From positions 1-36,834 of the forward strand of contig DVMD01000082.1 in NCBI GenBank assembly GCA_018715145.1: a DNA stretch of 36,834 nt. Reading direction: 5' to 3'. The DNA is from Candidatus Onthocola stercorigallinarum (GTDB lineage Bacteria > Bacillota_I > Bacilli_A > RF39 > UBA660). The position numbers and the translations under genes are program-made. Positions within the stretch are counted from its first letter, which is position 1; each line of letters opens with the position of its first letter. Below, piece by piece: positions 27,008 to 36,332 of the stretch. A model generated the notes under the pieces. The model made no database searches. It saw only the letters and a list, made by a program, of their open reading frames with translations, and was not told where the DNA came from.

Positions 27008-27964
27008 ATGCAAGTAATATATTTAATAATTGGTTTTGTTATAATTATTAAAGCATCAGACTTTTTAGTTGATGCAGCATCTTCACTTGCCTTAAAATGG
27101 CATGTTCCAAAAATGCTTATTGCTCTAACAATTGTTGCATTTGGTACCTGTGCACCAGAAATTGCTATATCTTTTCGGAGTGTTGCAACTGGTGATGGCG
27201 AAATGGCTTTTGCCAATATTGTTGGCAGTTGTGTTGTCAATGTCTTTCTAATTATTGGCATTGCTGCTTTTGTAAGATCAATTAAAGTTAAACATGCAAC
27301 AATTAAAAAAGAATTACCACTTTTACTAATTATAACTACAGTATTTTCAATCCTTATGCTTGATAGTATCTTTAATCCCTATACAGATGATACATTTTCC
27401 AGAACCGATGCTGTAATATTAATTTTACTGTTTTTATTATTTGTTGTTTATTTGGTTCAAATGTTATTTAAAAAAAGTAATGAACAAGATAGTGGTACCC
27501 AAGAAATTAAATATGGTCCCATTTTATCAGTTGTTTTATTAGTTGTATCAATTATTTTAATAATTTATAGTAGTGATTTAATTATTAATGCCGCACAGAA
27601 TATTGCACAGAGGCTTAACATTAGTGAAAAAGTAATAACGATGTTTGCAATAGTTGTTGGAACTAGTCTTCCAGAGATGGTAATGACTGTTACTAGTGCT
27701 AAAAAAGGCGAGTATGATATGGCTATTGGAAATATTATTGGTACTAATATATTTAATATTTGTATTGTTTTAGGTTTACCTGTTTTAATTTATGGTAATG
27801 TAGTACTAACAGGATTTGGTATAGTTGATATTATTGCCACATTCCTATCTTCATTCATGTTATTCATATTCGCTCGAAGCGAAAAAACAATTGATAAAAA
27901 AGAAGCGATTGTTATGCTTGCTATATTTGCTATTTATTATATATATTTATTAGTAGAAATTTAG
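27008..27964 (+). CDS. Calcium/sodium antiporter (CaCA, YrbG-like)
   Basis: Alpha repeats TIVAFGTCAPE...NIVGS and VVGTSLPE...GNIIGTNIFN. Confidence 0.9.
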   Translation: MQVIYLIIGFVIIIKASDFLVDAASSLALKWHVPKMLIALTIVAFGTCAPEIAISFRSVATGDGEMAFANIVGSCVVNVFLIIGIAAFVRSIKVKHATIKKELPLLLIITTVFSILMLDSIFNPYTDDTFSRTDAVILILLFLLFVVYLVQMLFKKSNEQDSGTQEIKYGPILSVVLLVVSIILIIYSSDLIINAAQNIAQRLNISEKVITMFAIVVGTSLPEMVMTVTSAKKGEYDMAIGNIIGTNIFNICIVLGLPVLIYGNVVLTGFGIVDIIATFLSSFMLFIFARSEKTIDKKEAIVMLAIFAIYYIYLLVEI

Positions 27965-27968
27965 AATA

Positions 27969-28012
27969 TTCGACAAAAATCGACATTATTTTTAAATAAA
28001 CTATGTTATAAT
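27969..28012 (+). promoter_or_regulatory. rlmB-sigH promoter region with tandem Spo0A-box-like sites and an extended -10
   Basis: TTCGACA (27969-27975) and ATCGACA (27979-27985), 10 bp apart, over the -35 region of TGTTATAAT (28004-28012). Confidence 0.5.
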
Positions 28013-28034
28013 AGAAAACAAAAGCGAGGTAGTT

Positions 28035-28712
28035 ATGAAAGTATTTGGAAAAAATGTTTTAAAAGAAACTAAACTAAATGATATTAGGAAAGTTTATACA
28101 TCCAGAATAGAAATTGTAGAATATTGTGAAAAAAACAATGTTAAATATGAAAAAGTTACTAATGATTATTTAAATAAACTTGTTAAAGGTAATCATCAAG
28201 GAATTGTAATAGATGTAAATGATTATAAATATTATAGTTTAAATGACATTGAAGGGGATTTTTTAGTTATATTAGATCATTTAGAAGATCCTCATAATTT
28301 TGGAGCAATAATTAGAACTTGTGCTGCTGCGGGAATAACATCGATAATTATTCCTAAAGATCGAGCAGTTAAAATTACCGATACTGTTGTTAAAACTAGT
28401 GCAGGTACAATTAATAAAATAAAAATTATTATGGTTAGCAATTTAGTTGAGGCTATAAAGAAGCTAAAAAAGTTAGGATATTTTATTTATGGTGCTGATG
28501 CAACTGGAGAAAATTATCAAACAATAGATTTTAGTGGTAAAAAAGTTTTAATTATTGGTAATGAAGGAAAAGGAATTAGTCCTTTAGTTAAAAAAAATTG
28601 TGATTTTTTAATAAGTATTCCACTGAATAATAATGTGGAAAGTTTAAATGCCTCAGTTGCTGCAGGCATTCTCATCTATGCGGGGTATCAAAATGATAGA
28701 AAACGACTATGA
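28035..28712 (+). CDS. rlmB: 23S rRNA (G2251-2'-O)-methyltransferase
   Basis: NHQGIV, ILDHLEDPHNFGAIIRT, KTSAG, IGNEGKGI, ESLNASVAAGI. Confidence 0.92.
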   Translation: MKVFGKNVLKETKLNDIRKVYTSRIEIVEYCEKNNVKYEKVTNDYLNKLVKGNHQGIVIDVNDYKYYSLNDIEGDFLVILDHLEDPHNFGAIIRTCAAAGITSIIIPKDRAVKITDTVVKTSAGTINKIKIIMVSNLVEAIKKLKKLGYFIYGADATGENYQTIDFSGKKVLIIGNEGKGISPLVKKNCDFLISIPLNNNVESLNASVAAGILIYAGYQNDRKRL

Positions 28713-29271
28713 ATTTGTATATTTAGCGCAAGAAAATGATGAGTTTGCTCAAGAATATTTAATTAATAAATATAAGTATATAATAGATATTTTAGTAAGC
28801 AAGCATTTTGCAAGTATTAGAAGTTTAAAGATTGAGAAAGATGATTTATATAACATTGGTTTATTTGGCCTTCTTGAAGCAATAAATGTCTTTAACTCTG
28901 ATGATTCTAGTTTTGCATCATTTGCTACAACTATAATAAATAATAAAATAACAACTTATTTAAGAAGAAATAGTCGCAAGAAAGATTCAATATTTATTAA
29001 TTCAGTTTCTCTAAACGATAACATCTTAGAAGAATTGTCTTTAAATACTCCAGATAGTTTAGTAACTTCTGAGGAAACCTATCAAGAATTAGAACAAAAA
29101 ATTTATAAAGAATTAACGCCTTTAGAAAAATCGATTTATAGTTTAATAACAGATTTTAGTGCTAGGGAAATATCTAAAATTTTAAACATTAATATTAAGA
29201 AAACTCGCAATGCTATAAGTCGTATTCGTGATAAAACACAGAAAGTACTTGCTAATTTAGAAAAGTTGTGA
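28693..29271 (+). CDS. sigH: Sigma-H-like sigma factor
   Basis: NDYEFVYL, LINKY, DDLYNIGLFGL.EAI..F, SFASFA, LTPLEK, NAISRIRDK. Position between rlmB and secE matches Firmicute sigH synteny. Confidence 0.7.
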   Translation: MIENDYEFVYLAQENDEFAQEYLINKYKYIIDILVSKHFASIRSLKIEKDDLYNIGLFGLLEAINVFNSDDSSFASFATTIINNKITTYLRRNSRKKDSIFINSVSLNDNILEELSLNTPDSLVTSEETYQELEQKIYKELTPLEKSIYSLITDFSAREISKILNINIKKTRNAISRIRDKTQKVLANLEKL

Positions 29272-29318
29272 TATATTATTAGCAAGCACGAAAGTGTTTT
29301 TTTAATGGAGGTAAAAAA

Positions 29319-29609
29319 GTGGCAAAGGAAAAAAAGCAAAAGGTAGTTAAACCTGATACTAATGAAGAAAAAAAACAAGTAAAAAAAGCTACAACAAAAA
29401 AGAAAAATACAAAGAAGAAAACGGTTAGTACTGCCCCAAAAGAAAGTTATTTGAAAAGAGTTAGAAAGGAATTAAAATTAGTTAAATGGCCAACAGCAAA
29501 AGAAGTATTAAAATATACAATATCAACAATTGTATTTTGTGTATTTTTATGTGTGATATTTATGGCATTAAATTTAATAATGTCATTACTTAGAGGATGG
29601 GTGGCATAA
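29319..29609 (+). CDS. secE: Preprotein translocase subunit SecE with a Lys-rich N-terminal extension
   Basis: ELKLVKWPTAKE followed by one TM helix; immediately upstream of nusG; GGAGGT RBS. Confidence 0.9.
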   Translation: MAKEKKQKVVKPDTNEEKKQVKKATTKKKNTKKKTVSTAPKESYLKRVRKELKLVKWPTAKEVLKYTISTIVFCVFLCVIFMALNLIMSLLRGWVA

Positions 29610-30142
29610 TGGAAAAAGAATGGTATGTAGTAAACACTTATTCAGGACATGAACAAAAAGTTAAAGAAAAACTAGAAGCTAAAATAGAATCTATGGGAAT
29701 GCAAGATTATATTTTTAGAGTAATTATTCCTGAAACAACAGAAGTAGAAGTAAAAGATGGCGTAAAAAAAGAAAAAGTTAAAAAAATGTTTCCAGGTTAT
29801 GTTTTAGTAGAAATGATTATGACTGATGAAGCATGGTATATAGTGAGAAATACTCCAGGTGTTACAGGATTTATTGGTTCTAGCGGTAAAGGTGCTAAAC
29901 CAACACCTTTACTTCCTCAAGAAATTGATAGAATACTTGCTAATATGGGTATGAGTAGAGTAAATATTGAAGAAGATCTAAAAGTTGGTGATACTGTTAA
30001 TATTATTGATGGACCATTTAATGGTATGAGTGGTAAAGTAGATAATATTGATCTAGAAAATAATCGTTTGAATATTATTATAGATTTATTTGGTCAAGAA
30101 ACCAATGTTGATGTTGAATTATATCAAGTAAGCAAAAATTAA
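29609..30142 (+). CDS. nusG: Transcription termination/antitermination factor NusG
   Basis: WYVVNTYSGHE, FPGYVLVEM, VRNTPGVTGF, KOW motif GDTV.IIDGPF. Confidence 0.97.
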   Translation: MEKEWYVVNTYSGHEQKVKEKLEAKIESMGMQDYIFRVIIPETTEVEVKDGVKKEKVKKMFPGYVLVEMIMTDEAWYIVRNTPGVTGFIGSSGKGAKPTPLLPQEIDRILANMGMSRVNIEEDLKVGDTVNIIDGPFNGMSGKVDNIDLENNRLNIIIDLFGQETNVDVELYQVSKN

Positions 30143-30167
30143 GACTCAAATTTGAGCCTTAATTTTT
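30134..30167. terminator. Bidirectional terminator after nusG
   Basis: AAAAATTAAG-a-CTCAAA/TTTGAG-c-CTTAATTTTT. Confidence 0.7.
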
Positions 30168-30517
30168 TAGTCAAATGAATTTAGATTTAATAATACAACC
30201 AATTTGTTAGGAAAAGCATTAGCTACTTTTTCCGCTAATAATACATTATTATGATCTTTAGCTTTTTCCAAAGTATCATTTTTCAAAATTATAACTATAT
30301 AATTTTGAAGAGATACAAAAATAGCAAAAGGACGAAATAATTTATAATTTATGTTATCATTATTAATTATTTCATCGGCATCAACAACAATATTATTATG
30401 AACTTCTTTGTAATCTATGCTTATAAGTTCACTAATAAAGTGTTCTAAGTATTCTAACATAAATGGTCGATTAAACAATCTTTTAAATAATTCTTCATTT
30501 AAAGACCACATTTCCAA
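30167..30517 (-). CDS. Hypothetical protein, paralogue of 35032-35361; weak resemblance to Rpn/PD-(D/E)XK family N-terminus
   Basis: AAGGAGG RBS; aligns by eye with 35032-35361 (ML.YLE...S.....K.VHN.I..., P.K.V....LN). Confidence 0.65.
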   Translation of the reverse strand: MEMWSLNEELFKRLFNRPFMLEYLEHFISELISIDYKEVHNNIVVDADEIINNDNINYKLFRPFAIFVSLQNYIVIILKNDTLEKAKDHNNVLLAEKVANAFPNKLVVLLNLNSFD

Positions 30518-30639
30518 AACCTCCTTAAGTTAGTTATACTACATTTTTTCGCTCTTGTCTTTAACTTCGACAAAAGTAGGGATGAATCGACAAAAAACGA
30601 CACTAATTAGTGTCGTAATTCTTTTCTTATATGTATAAC

Positions 30640-30834
30640 TTAAGCTTTTTTAGTTTTTGGTTTGTTTAGCCATGGAGTAATAACATGATCAACTAGTAGC
30701 ATTAAAGCTAGAGATAAACCAATAGTTACTACAACTGTAATAATTGCTAAACATGGAATATTTGTAATATTAAATGATTTATATAATACTCCGATTATTG
30801 GGAAATGTAACATATAAATATATAATGCTAGTTT
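30640..30834 (-). pseudogene. C-terminal remnant of an acyltransferase-3 (OafA-like) membrane protein
   Basis: Frame reads *KLALYIYMLHFPIIGVLY...TM...KPKTKKA*. YIYxxHxP is the usual penultimate-helix motif of acyltransferase-3 proteins. It begins abruptly at the vanZ stop; a 57-aa ORF starts at ATG 30813. Confidence 0.55.
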
Positions 30835-31937
30835 TCATCTTTTTTAATTGTACTAACTATTTTAGTTTTACTCCATCTTTCATAAAACAAAGTTTTTTTG
30901 ATAGCTAAAGTAAAGAAAGAAATAACATAATATAAGAAAATAAATAATATTAAAAGTAAGATAGTATAAACATAAACTGTGTTATTAAAATAATTAACAA
31001 TGCTACTACATAACATAATTATTAAAATAGGTAATACTAAATAAAAAGTATAAAAGAGTATATTTCTTAAAATTAGTTCAAGTAATGTTACTTTATCATG
31101 TTTAGTAGAAATAATTTTTATTTTTAAAAACTTATAAGCTAATGTTTGACCTTTAAAAATCCAAGGAATAATTATGTAATAAATAAAAGCAAATACGAAA
31201 AAGTTATAAGCAAATGTAATGTTAAAGGTAAAACGAATAATCATATAAAAAACTAAAAAAATAAATAGATCAATACCATAAGCAAGGGTTCTTCTAAAAC
31301 CAGATACTTTCATTCCAAGTTCTAGGGCTGTATCATCAATTTCTTCTCTATTTGGTAAAAATTTTAAAAGTAGAGTTCCCACAAAATAACCAATTATACC
31401 ACCGAGGGTATTAAGTATTAAATCATCTACATCAAATAAACGATATCCTCTTGGATAAATGAAATACAAGCCACTAAGTTGGGTAAGTTCAAAAAATAAA
31501 CTTAATAAAAATGTAAATAAACAGGTCTTTTTGAAACTAAATTTAAAATAATAATGTAAGTAAGCTCCAAAAGGGATGGTTAGTATTATATTAAATAAGG
31601 GAACAAAAACATAGCTACTTGTTAAAGCTTTAAAATAAGTAGAAAAATCACTTATAACAAAACCACTTTTAGTAATAAATTCAGTAACGAAATTAAATGG
31701 TATGAGTTGTGTTGTTGGAGTTGTTAGAGCCATTACTTCTTCTCTAGTTGGCAGAGGAAGTATCACTAGAAAATAAGCGGTCAAAAGATATAAAATAAAA
31801 GAATAAATAATTAAAGCTCTATACCAATAAACAGAACCATATTTATGATATTCCCTTAAAATATATGGTAAAGTTATTAAAAATGCAATAAAGGGAAATG
31901 TAACTATAGCTATTTTTATAATTGATAAATAATTCAT
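30828..31937 (-). CDS. VanZ family membrane protein with C-terminal RDD domain
   Basis: YFLVILPLP, QLIPF, FNIILTIPFG, FFELTQL, RLFDVDDLILNTLGG; RDD-like RRTLAYGID, GQTL.....KIKI. Confidence 0.88.
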   Translation of the reverse strand: MNYLSIIKIAIVTFPFIAFLITLPYILREYHKYGSVYWYRALIIYSFILYLLTAYFLVILPLPTREEVMALTTPTTQLIPFNFVTEFITKSGFVISDFSTYFKALTSSYVFVPLFNIILTIPFGAYLHYYFKFSFKKTCLFTFLLSLFFELTQLSGLYFIYPRGYRLFDVDDLILNTLGGIIGYFVGTLLLKFLPNREEIDDTALELGMKVSGFRRTLAYGIDLFIFLVFYMIIRFTFNITFAYNFFVFAFIYYIIIPWIFKGQTLAYKFLKIKIISTKHDKVTLLELILRNILFYTFYLVLPILIIMLCSSIVNYFNNTVYVYTILLLILFIFLYYVISFFTLAIKKTLFYERWSKTKIVSTIKKDEN

Positions 31938-31938
31938 C

Positions 31939-32673
31939 CTAATCTTCCTTTTTTGTTAATAATTTTTTATTTTTACCAGTAATAAGTGATAAATAAGCAC
32001 CTGCACTACATATTTCTTTTCTAAGTGCAACTAATTTATCAGCTTTCGACATAATTCTTCCTTCGATATAAAATGATTTTCTAAAAGAAAATGCTCCAAC
32101 TTTTCCAACATATGTAGACACAAATATCATTTTCTTATAAATTTCTGGTAATTGATTAAATTTTTCTTGATTGTTTAATTCTATTGCATATTCATCTATT
32201 GCCCTTACTGGTAGAGGATACATATGGTGGATTATTCCATCAATAATCATTAAAGATTCCTCTTCATCTTGAAATATATTGGGAAACCAAGTTATAGCAT
32301 TAACAACTGCTTCAATGGGATGGGTAAATCCATGAAGATTTTTAAATTTTTTGCCTTTAGATTTAATGTTATTTTGCCATGGTTCTTCATATAGGTCATG
32401 AAACATAGCAATGTATATAGCAATTTTTAGGTTGATAAAATCTAATTTCCTTCTATTTTTAATCTTGTAAATCATTTTATAGGTAACAATAGCATCACTC
32501 ATGATATGTTCACCTAAAGTTGTAGCATCATGATGCCAAAAAGGACTATAATTTCTCTTTTTAAATTCTGGATGAAGGCAAATTGGTTTTATTAGATTCC
32601 ATAATGTTTTACTATTTTTACCATCTACATTATATCTTAGACAAAGTATTTTAAATTGTGTATATATATTCAT
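31939..32673 (-). CDS. HD domain phosphohydrolase
   Basis: HH...TLGEH, AMFHDLY, HGFTHP, IIHHMYP, ADK. Confidence 0.8.
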   Translation of the reverse strand: MNIYTQFKILCLRYNVDGKNSKTLWNLIKPICLHPEFKKRNYSPFWHHDATTLGEHIMSDAIVTYKMIYKIKNRRKLDFINLKIAIYIAMFHDLYEEPWQNNIKSKGKKFKNLHGFTHPIEAVVNAITWFPNIFQDEEESLMIIDGIIHHMYPLPVRAIDEYAIELNNQEKFNQLPEIYKKMIFVSTYVGKVGAFSFRKSFYIEGRIMSKADKLVALRKEICSAGAYLSLITGKNKKLLTKKED

Positions 32674-32764
32674 AATGTACCTCTATACAATAAGATTATA
32701 TTATATATTATATAAAAAAGCAAAGATTTATAGATAATTATCATTTCTATATAACAAATTTTAG

Positions 32765-33820
<1,056 letters not shown>

Positions 33821-33827
33821 GGAGATT

Positions 33828-34913
33828 ATGAAAGATATCAAAATTTGTGTTTATGCTATTTGTAAAAATGAAAGTAAATTTATTAATAGATGGTTAGAAT
33901 CAATTAAAGATGCAGATTATATATGTGTTTTAGATACTGGTTCTACTGATAATTCAGTAGAGTTATTAAAAAATGCTGGAGTATTCGTAGAGACAAAAAC
34001 TTTTGCTAATTTCCGTTTTGATGAAGCTCGTAATGAATCAATAAAATTAATTCCTGAAGATACAGATGTATGTGTATGCATTGATATTGATGAAGTAATG
34101 CTTCCAGGTTGGAAGACTGCCATAAAAAAAGCTTGGAAGAGTGATACTACAAGACTTAGATATATTTATAATTGGAATCTAGATGAACACGATAATCCTA
34201 AAGTCAGCTTTTATCAAGATAAAATACATGCATATAAAGGTTATAAATGGGTAAATCCTGTTCATGAAATATTAAAGTATTCTGGTGGTGAAGAACACTA
34301 TCAGGCAACCGACGAATTAATTATTAATCATTATCCTGATCAAACCAAATCGCGTAGTTCTTATTTACCATTATTAGAATTATCAGTTAAGGAAGATCCT
34401 GAAAATGATCGTAATATGCACTATCTAGGTCGAGAATATATGTATTATGGAAAATGGAATGAAGCAATTACTACCCTAAAAAAACATTTATCTTTAAAAA
34501 ATGCTACATGGAAAGATGAAAGATGTGCATCAATGCGTTTTATAGCTAGAAGTTATTTAGGATTAAATGATATAGATAATGCAGTATATTGGTATAATGA
34601 AGCGATTAAAGAAGCCCCTCACTTAAGAGACCCACTTGTTGAACTTGCTTTAGTTTATTATCAACTAGAGGATTGGGAAGCAGTTATAAAATATTGTAAT
34701 GCTGCTTTAAACATACCAATAAATGCTAAAACATATATTAATGAAGTATTTAGTTTTGATGAAACTATTGATGATTTATTATCACTAGCATATTATAATA
34801 CTGGGAATATAGAAAAAGCAGTAGAGCATGCAACTAAAGCTTTAAAAATAAATCCTGATAATGAACGGATAAAGAACAATTTAGAAATAATGAAAAACAA
34901 ACTTCAAAATTAG
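33828..34913 (+). CDS. Glycosyltransferase family 2 with TPR repeats
   Basis: ICVYAICKNE, VLDTGSTD, FRFDEARN, IDIDE, VHE, followed by TPR helices. Real start is ATG 33828 after GGGAG. Confidence 0.92.
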   Translation: MKDIKICVYAICKNESKFINRWLESIKDADYICVLDTGSTDNSVELLKNAGVFVETKTFANFRFDEARNESIKLIPEDTDVCVCIDIDEVMLPGWKTAIKKAWKSDTTRLRYIYNWNLDEHDNPKVSFYQDKIHAYKGYKWVNPVHEILKYSGGEEHYQATDELIINHYPDQTKSRSSYLPLLELSVKEDPENDRNMHYLGREYMYYGKWNEAITTLKKHLSLKNATWKDERCASMRFIARSYLGLNDIDNAVYWYNEAIKEAPHLRDPLVELALVYYQLEDWEAVIKYCNAALNIPINAKTYINEVFSFDETIDDLLSLAYYNTGNIEKAVEHATKALKINPDNERIKNNLEIMKNKLQN

Positions 34914-34924
34914 AAGTTTGTTTT
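34893..34924 (+). terminator. Intrinsic terminator
   Basis: AAAACAAACTTC-aaaatta-GAAGTTTGTTTT followed by further Ts. Confidence 0.65.
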
Positions 34925-35031
34925 CTTTTTGTAAAATGTATGTCAAGTTTTTAAAAATTATAATAAAAATTGCTTCAAAAAAAAGACTTTCAAATAAAAA
35001 AAGCGAATATATATAGTGAAGGGAGGAAAAT

Positions 35032-35361
35032 ATGTTTAAAAAATATCGTACAAAAAAACTTTGGACAAGCTATCATATGCTCTTTTATTTAGAAAAGTTA
35101 GTTAGTCAGATATGTAATGTTAATTTAAAAGATGTTCATAATAGAATAATTATTAATGATTCTAAAATAATAAGTGATCCTTACTTTAAAAAAATTAAAA
35201 ACAAATTTATTGTAGTTTGTTATGATGATTATCTTATAGTTTTTATAAGGCACACATTTATTTTATCTAAATATAATTCTAAATATGAAAAATTAGCTTT
35301 ATATTTAATTGATAAATATCCAGATAAATTTGTAAAAATAATTCATTTAAATTTTTATTAA
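35032..35361 (+). CDS. Hypothetical protein, paralogue of 30167-30517
   Basis: GGGAGG RBS; motif pattern shared with 30167-30517. Confidence 0.65.
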   Translation: MFKKYRTKKLWTSYHMLFYLEKLVSQICNVNLKDVHNRIIINDSKIISDPYFKKIKNKFIVVCYDDYLIVFIRHTFILSKYNSKYEKLALYLIDKYPDKFVKIIHLNFY

Positions 35362-35362
35362 T

Positions 35363-35414
35363 ATTTAACTGGAAATATTTAAAATTAAATTTAACTGGAA
35401 ATACTTAAAATTAA
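35363..35414. repeat. Tandem 26-bp duplication
   Basis: ATTTAACTGGAAATA(T/C)TTAAAATTAA x2, one mismatch. Confidence 0.85.
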
Positions 35415-35503
35415 ATATTGTAAAAAAATAATAATTTTGATATATTGTTTCTAGGGGTTAAGTTGAAAATTAAATTAGAAAATGTAAGTAAAGGTGAAAA
35501 AGT

Positions 35504-35914
35504 ATGATGAAAAAATATAATGTAATTGTAATTTTTAATAAAGAATGTACTAAAACTTTAATGTGCAAAAGGACTAAAGAACCATATATGGGAATGTATA
35601 ACCTAGTTGGTGGAAAAATTGAAAAAGAAAATGATAGCTTAAATGAAGCATATCGTGAGTTAGAAGAAGAAACATCAATAACTAAAAATGATATAACTTT
35701 AACTTATTTTATGAATATTGAATATATTACATTTAATAAAGATATAGAAGTATATTTTGGTATATTAAATAAAGAAGTAAAATTAGTTGAGGAAGTTAAT
35801 GCTCTTGAATGGATTGATATAAATGATAACTTCTTTGATATGAATAAATATGCTGGAGAAGGTAATATTGGTCATATAATTGAAGAAATAAAGATTAGTT
35901 TAAATAGTAATTAA
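35504..35914 (+). CDS. NUDIX hydrolase
   Basis: P.MGMYNLVGGKIEKENDSLNEAYRELEEET (Nudix box). Confidence 0.9.
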   Translation: MMKKYNVIVIFNKECTKTLMCKRTKEPYMGMYNLVGGKIEKENDSLNEAYRELEEETSITKNDITLTYFMNIEYITFNKDIEVYFGILNKEVKLVEEVNALEWIDINDNFFDMNKYAGEGNIGHIIEEIKISLNSN

Positions 35915-35940
35915 AAATAGTAATTAAAAATAGTAATTAA
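35902..35940. repeat. 13-bp tandem repeat x3 at the NUDIX stop codon
   Basis: AAATAGTAATTAA three times, exact. Confidence 0.9.
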
Positions 35941-35968
35941 AAATTCTAGATTGTTTCTAGAATTTTTA
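35938..35968. terminator. Hairpin/terminator, left twin
   Basis: TAAAAATTCTAGA-ttgtt-TCTAGAATTTTTA. Confidence 0.6.
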
Positions 35969-35979
35969 TATTGCGACCT

Positions 35980-36266
35980 TTAAATATATTTGAAGATGAA
36001 ACATTAGAGAAAAACACAGTTGTTAAGAAAATCTTAACAACTAAAAAGAAAGAAAAAACAATGGATAACAATAATATCTTAATGAGTCAAGAAGTAATGG
36101 CTAATCTTCATTTATGGTACAACAAAACAAAATATAAGCTACCATTTAAATAATATATTTAAAGAATATGAACTTATTAAAGATTCAGTTGTCAAGGCTT
36201 TTTTGACAACTGCAAATGATGGAATTAGAAAAGAATTGAACTGTTAAGAAAATCTTAACAGTTCAA
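35980..36266 (+). pseudogene. Three tandem fragments of RhuM-like (virulence RhuM / Fic N-terminal) genes, each containing a DNA palindrome
   Basis: Fragment 1: LNIFEDETLEKNTVVKKILTT. Fragment 2: MSQEVMANL/(frameshift)YGTTKQNISYHLNNIFKEYELIKDSVVKAFLTTANDG. Fragment 3: ELEKN*TVKKILTVQ. These match the RhuM N-terminal pattern Q..MA.L.......I..HL.NIF...EL...SVV....TTA.DG as recalled. Confidence 0.7.
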
Positions 36267-36293
36267 AGAATAAAATATTTAGAAAATAGTGAA

Positions 36294-36332
36294 TAATTAA
36301 AAAATTCTAGGGTATCTAGAATTTTTTAATTA
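36294..36332. terminator. Hairpin/terminator, right twin, overlapping the permease stop codon
   Basis: TAATTAAAAAATTCTAG-ggtat-CTAGAATTTTTTAATTA (17-bp arms). Confidence 0.7.

Noticed and set aside
35971-36153. 60-aa ORF as a real gene
   Set aside because: It joins two RhuM-like fragments and leaves the homologous frame midway; treated as part of the fragment array.
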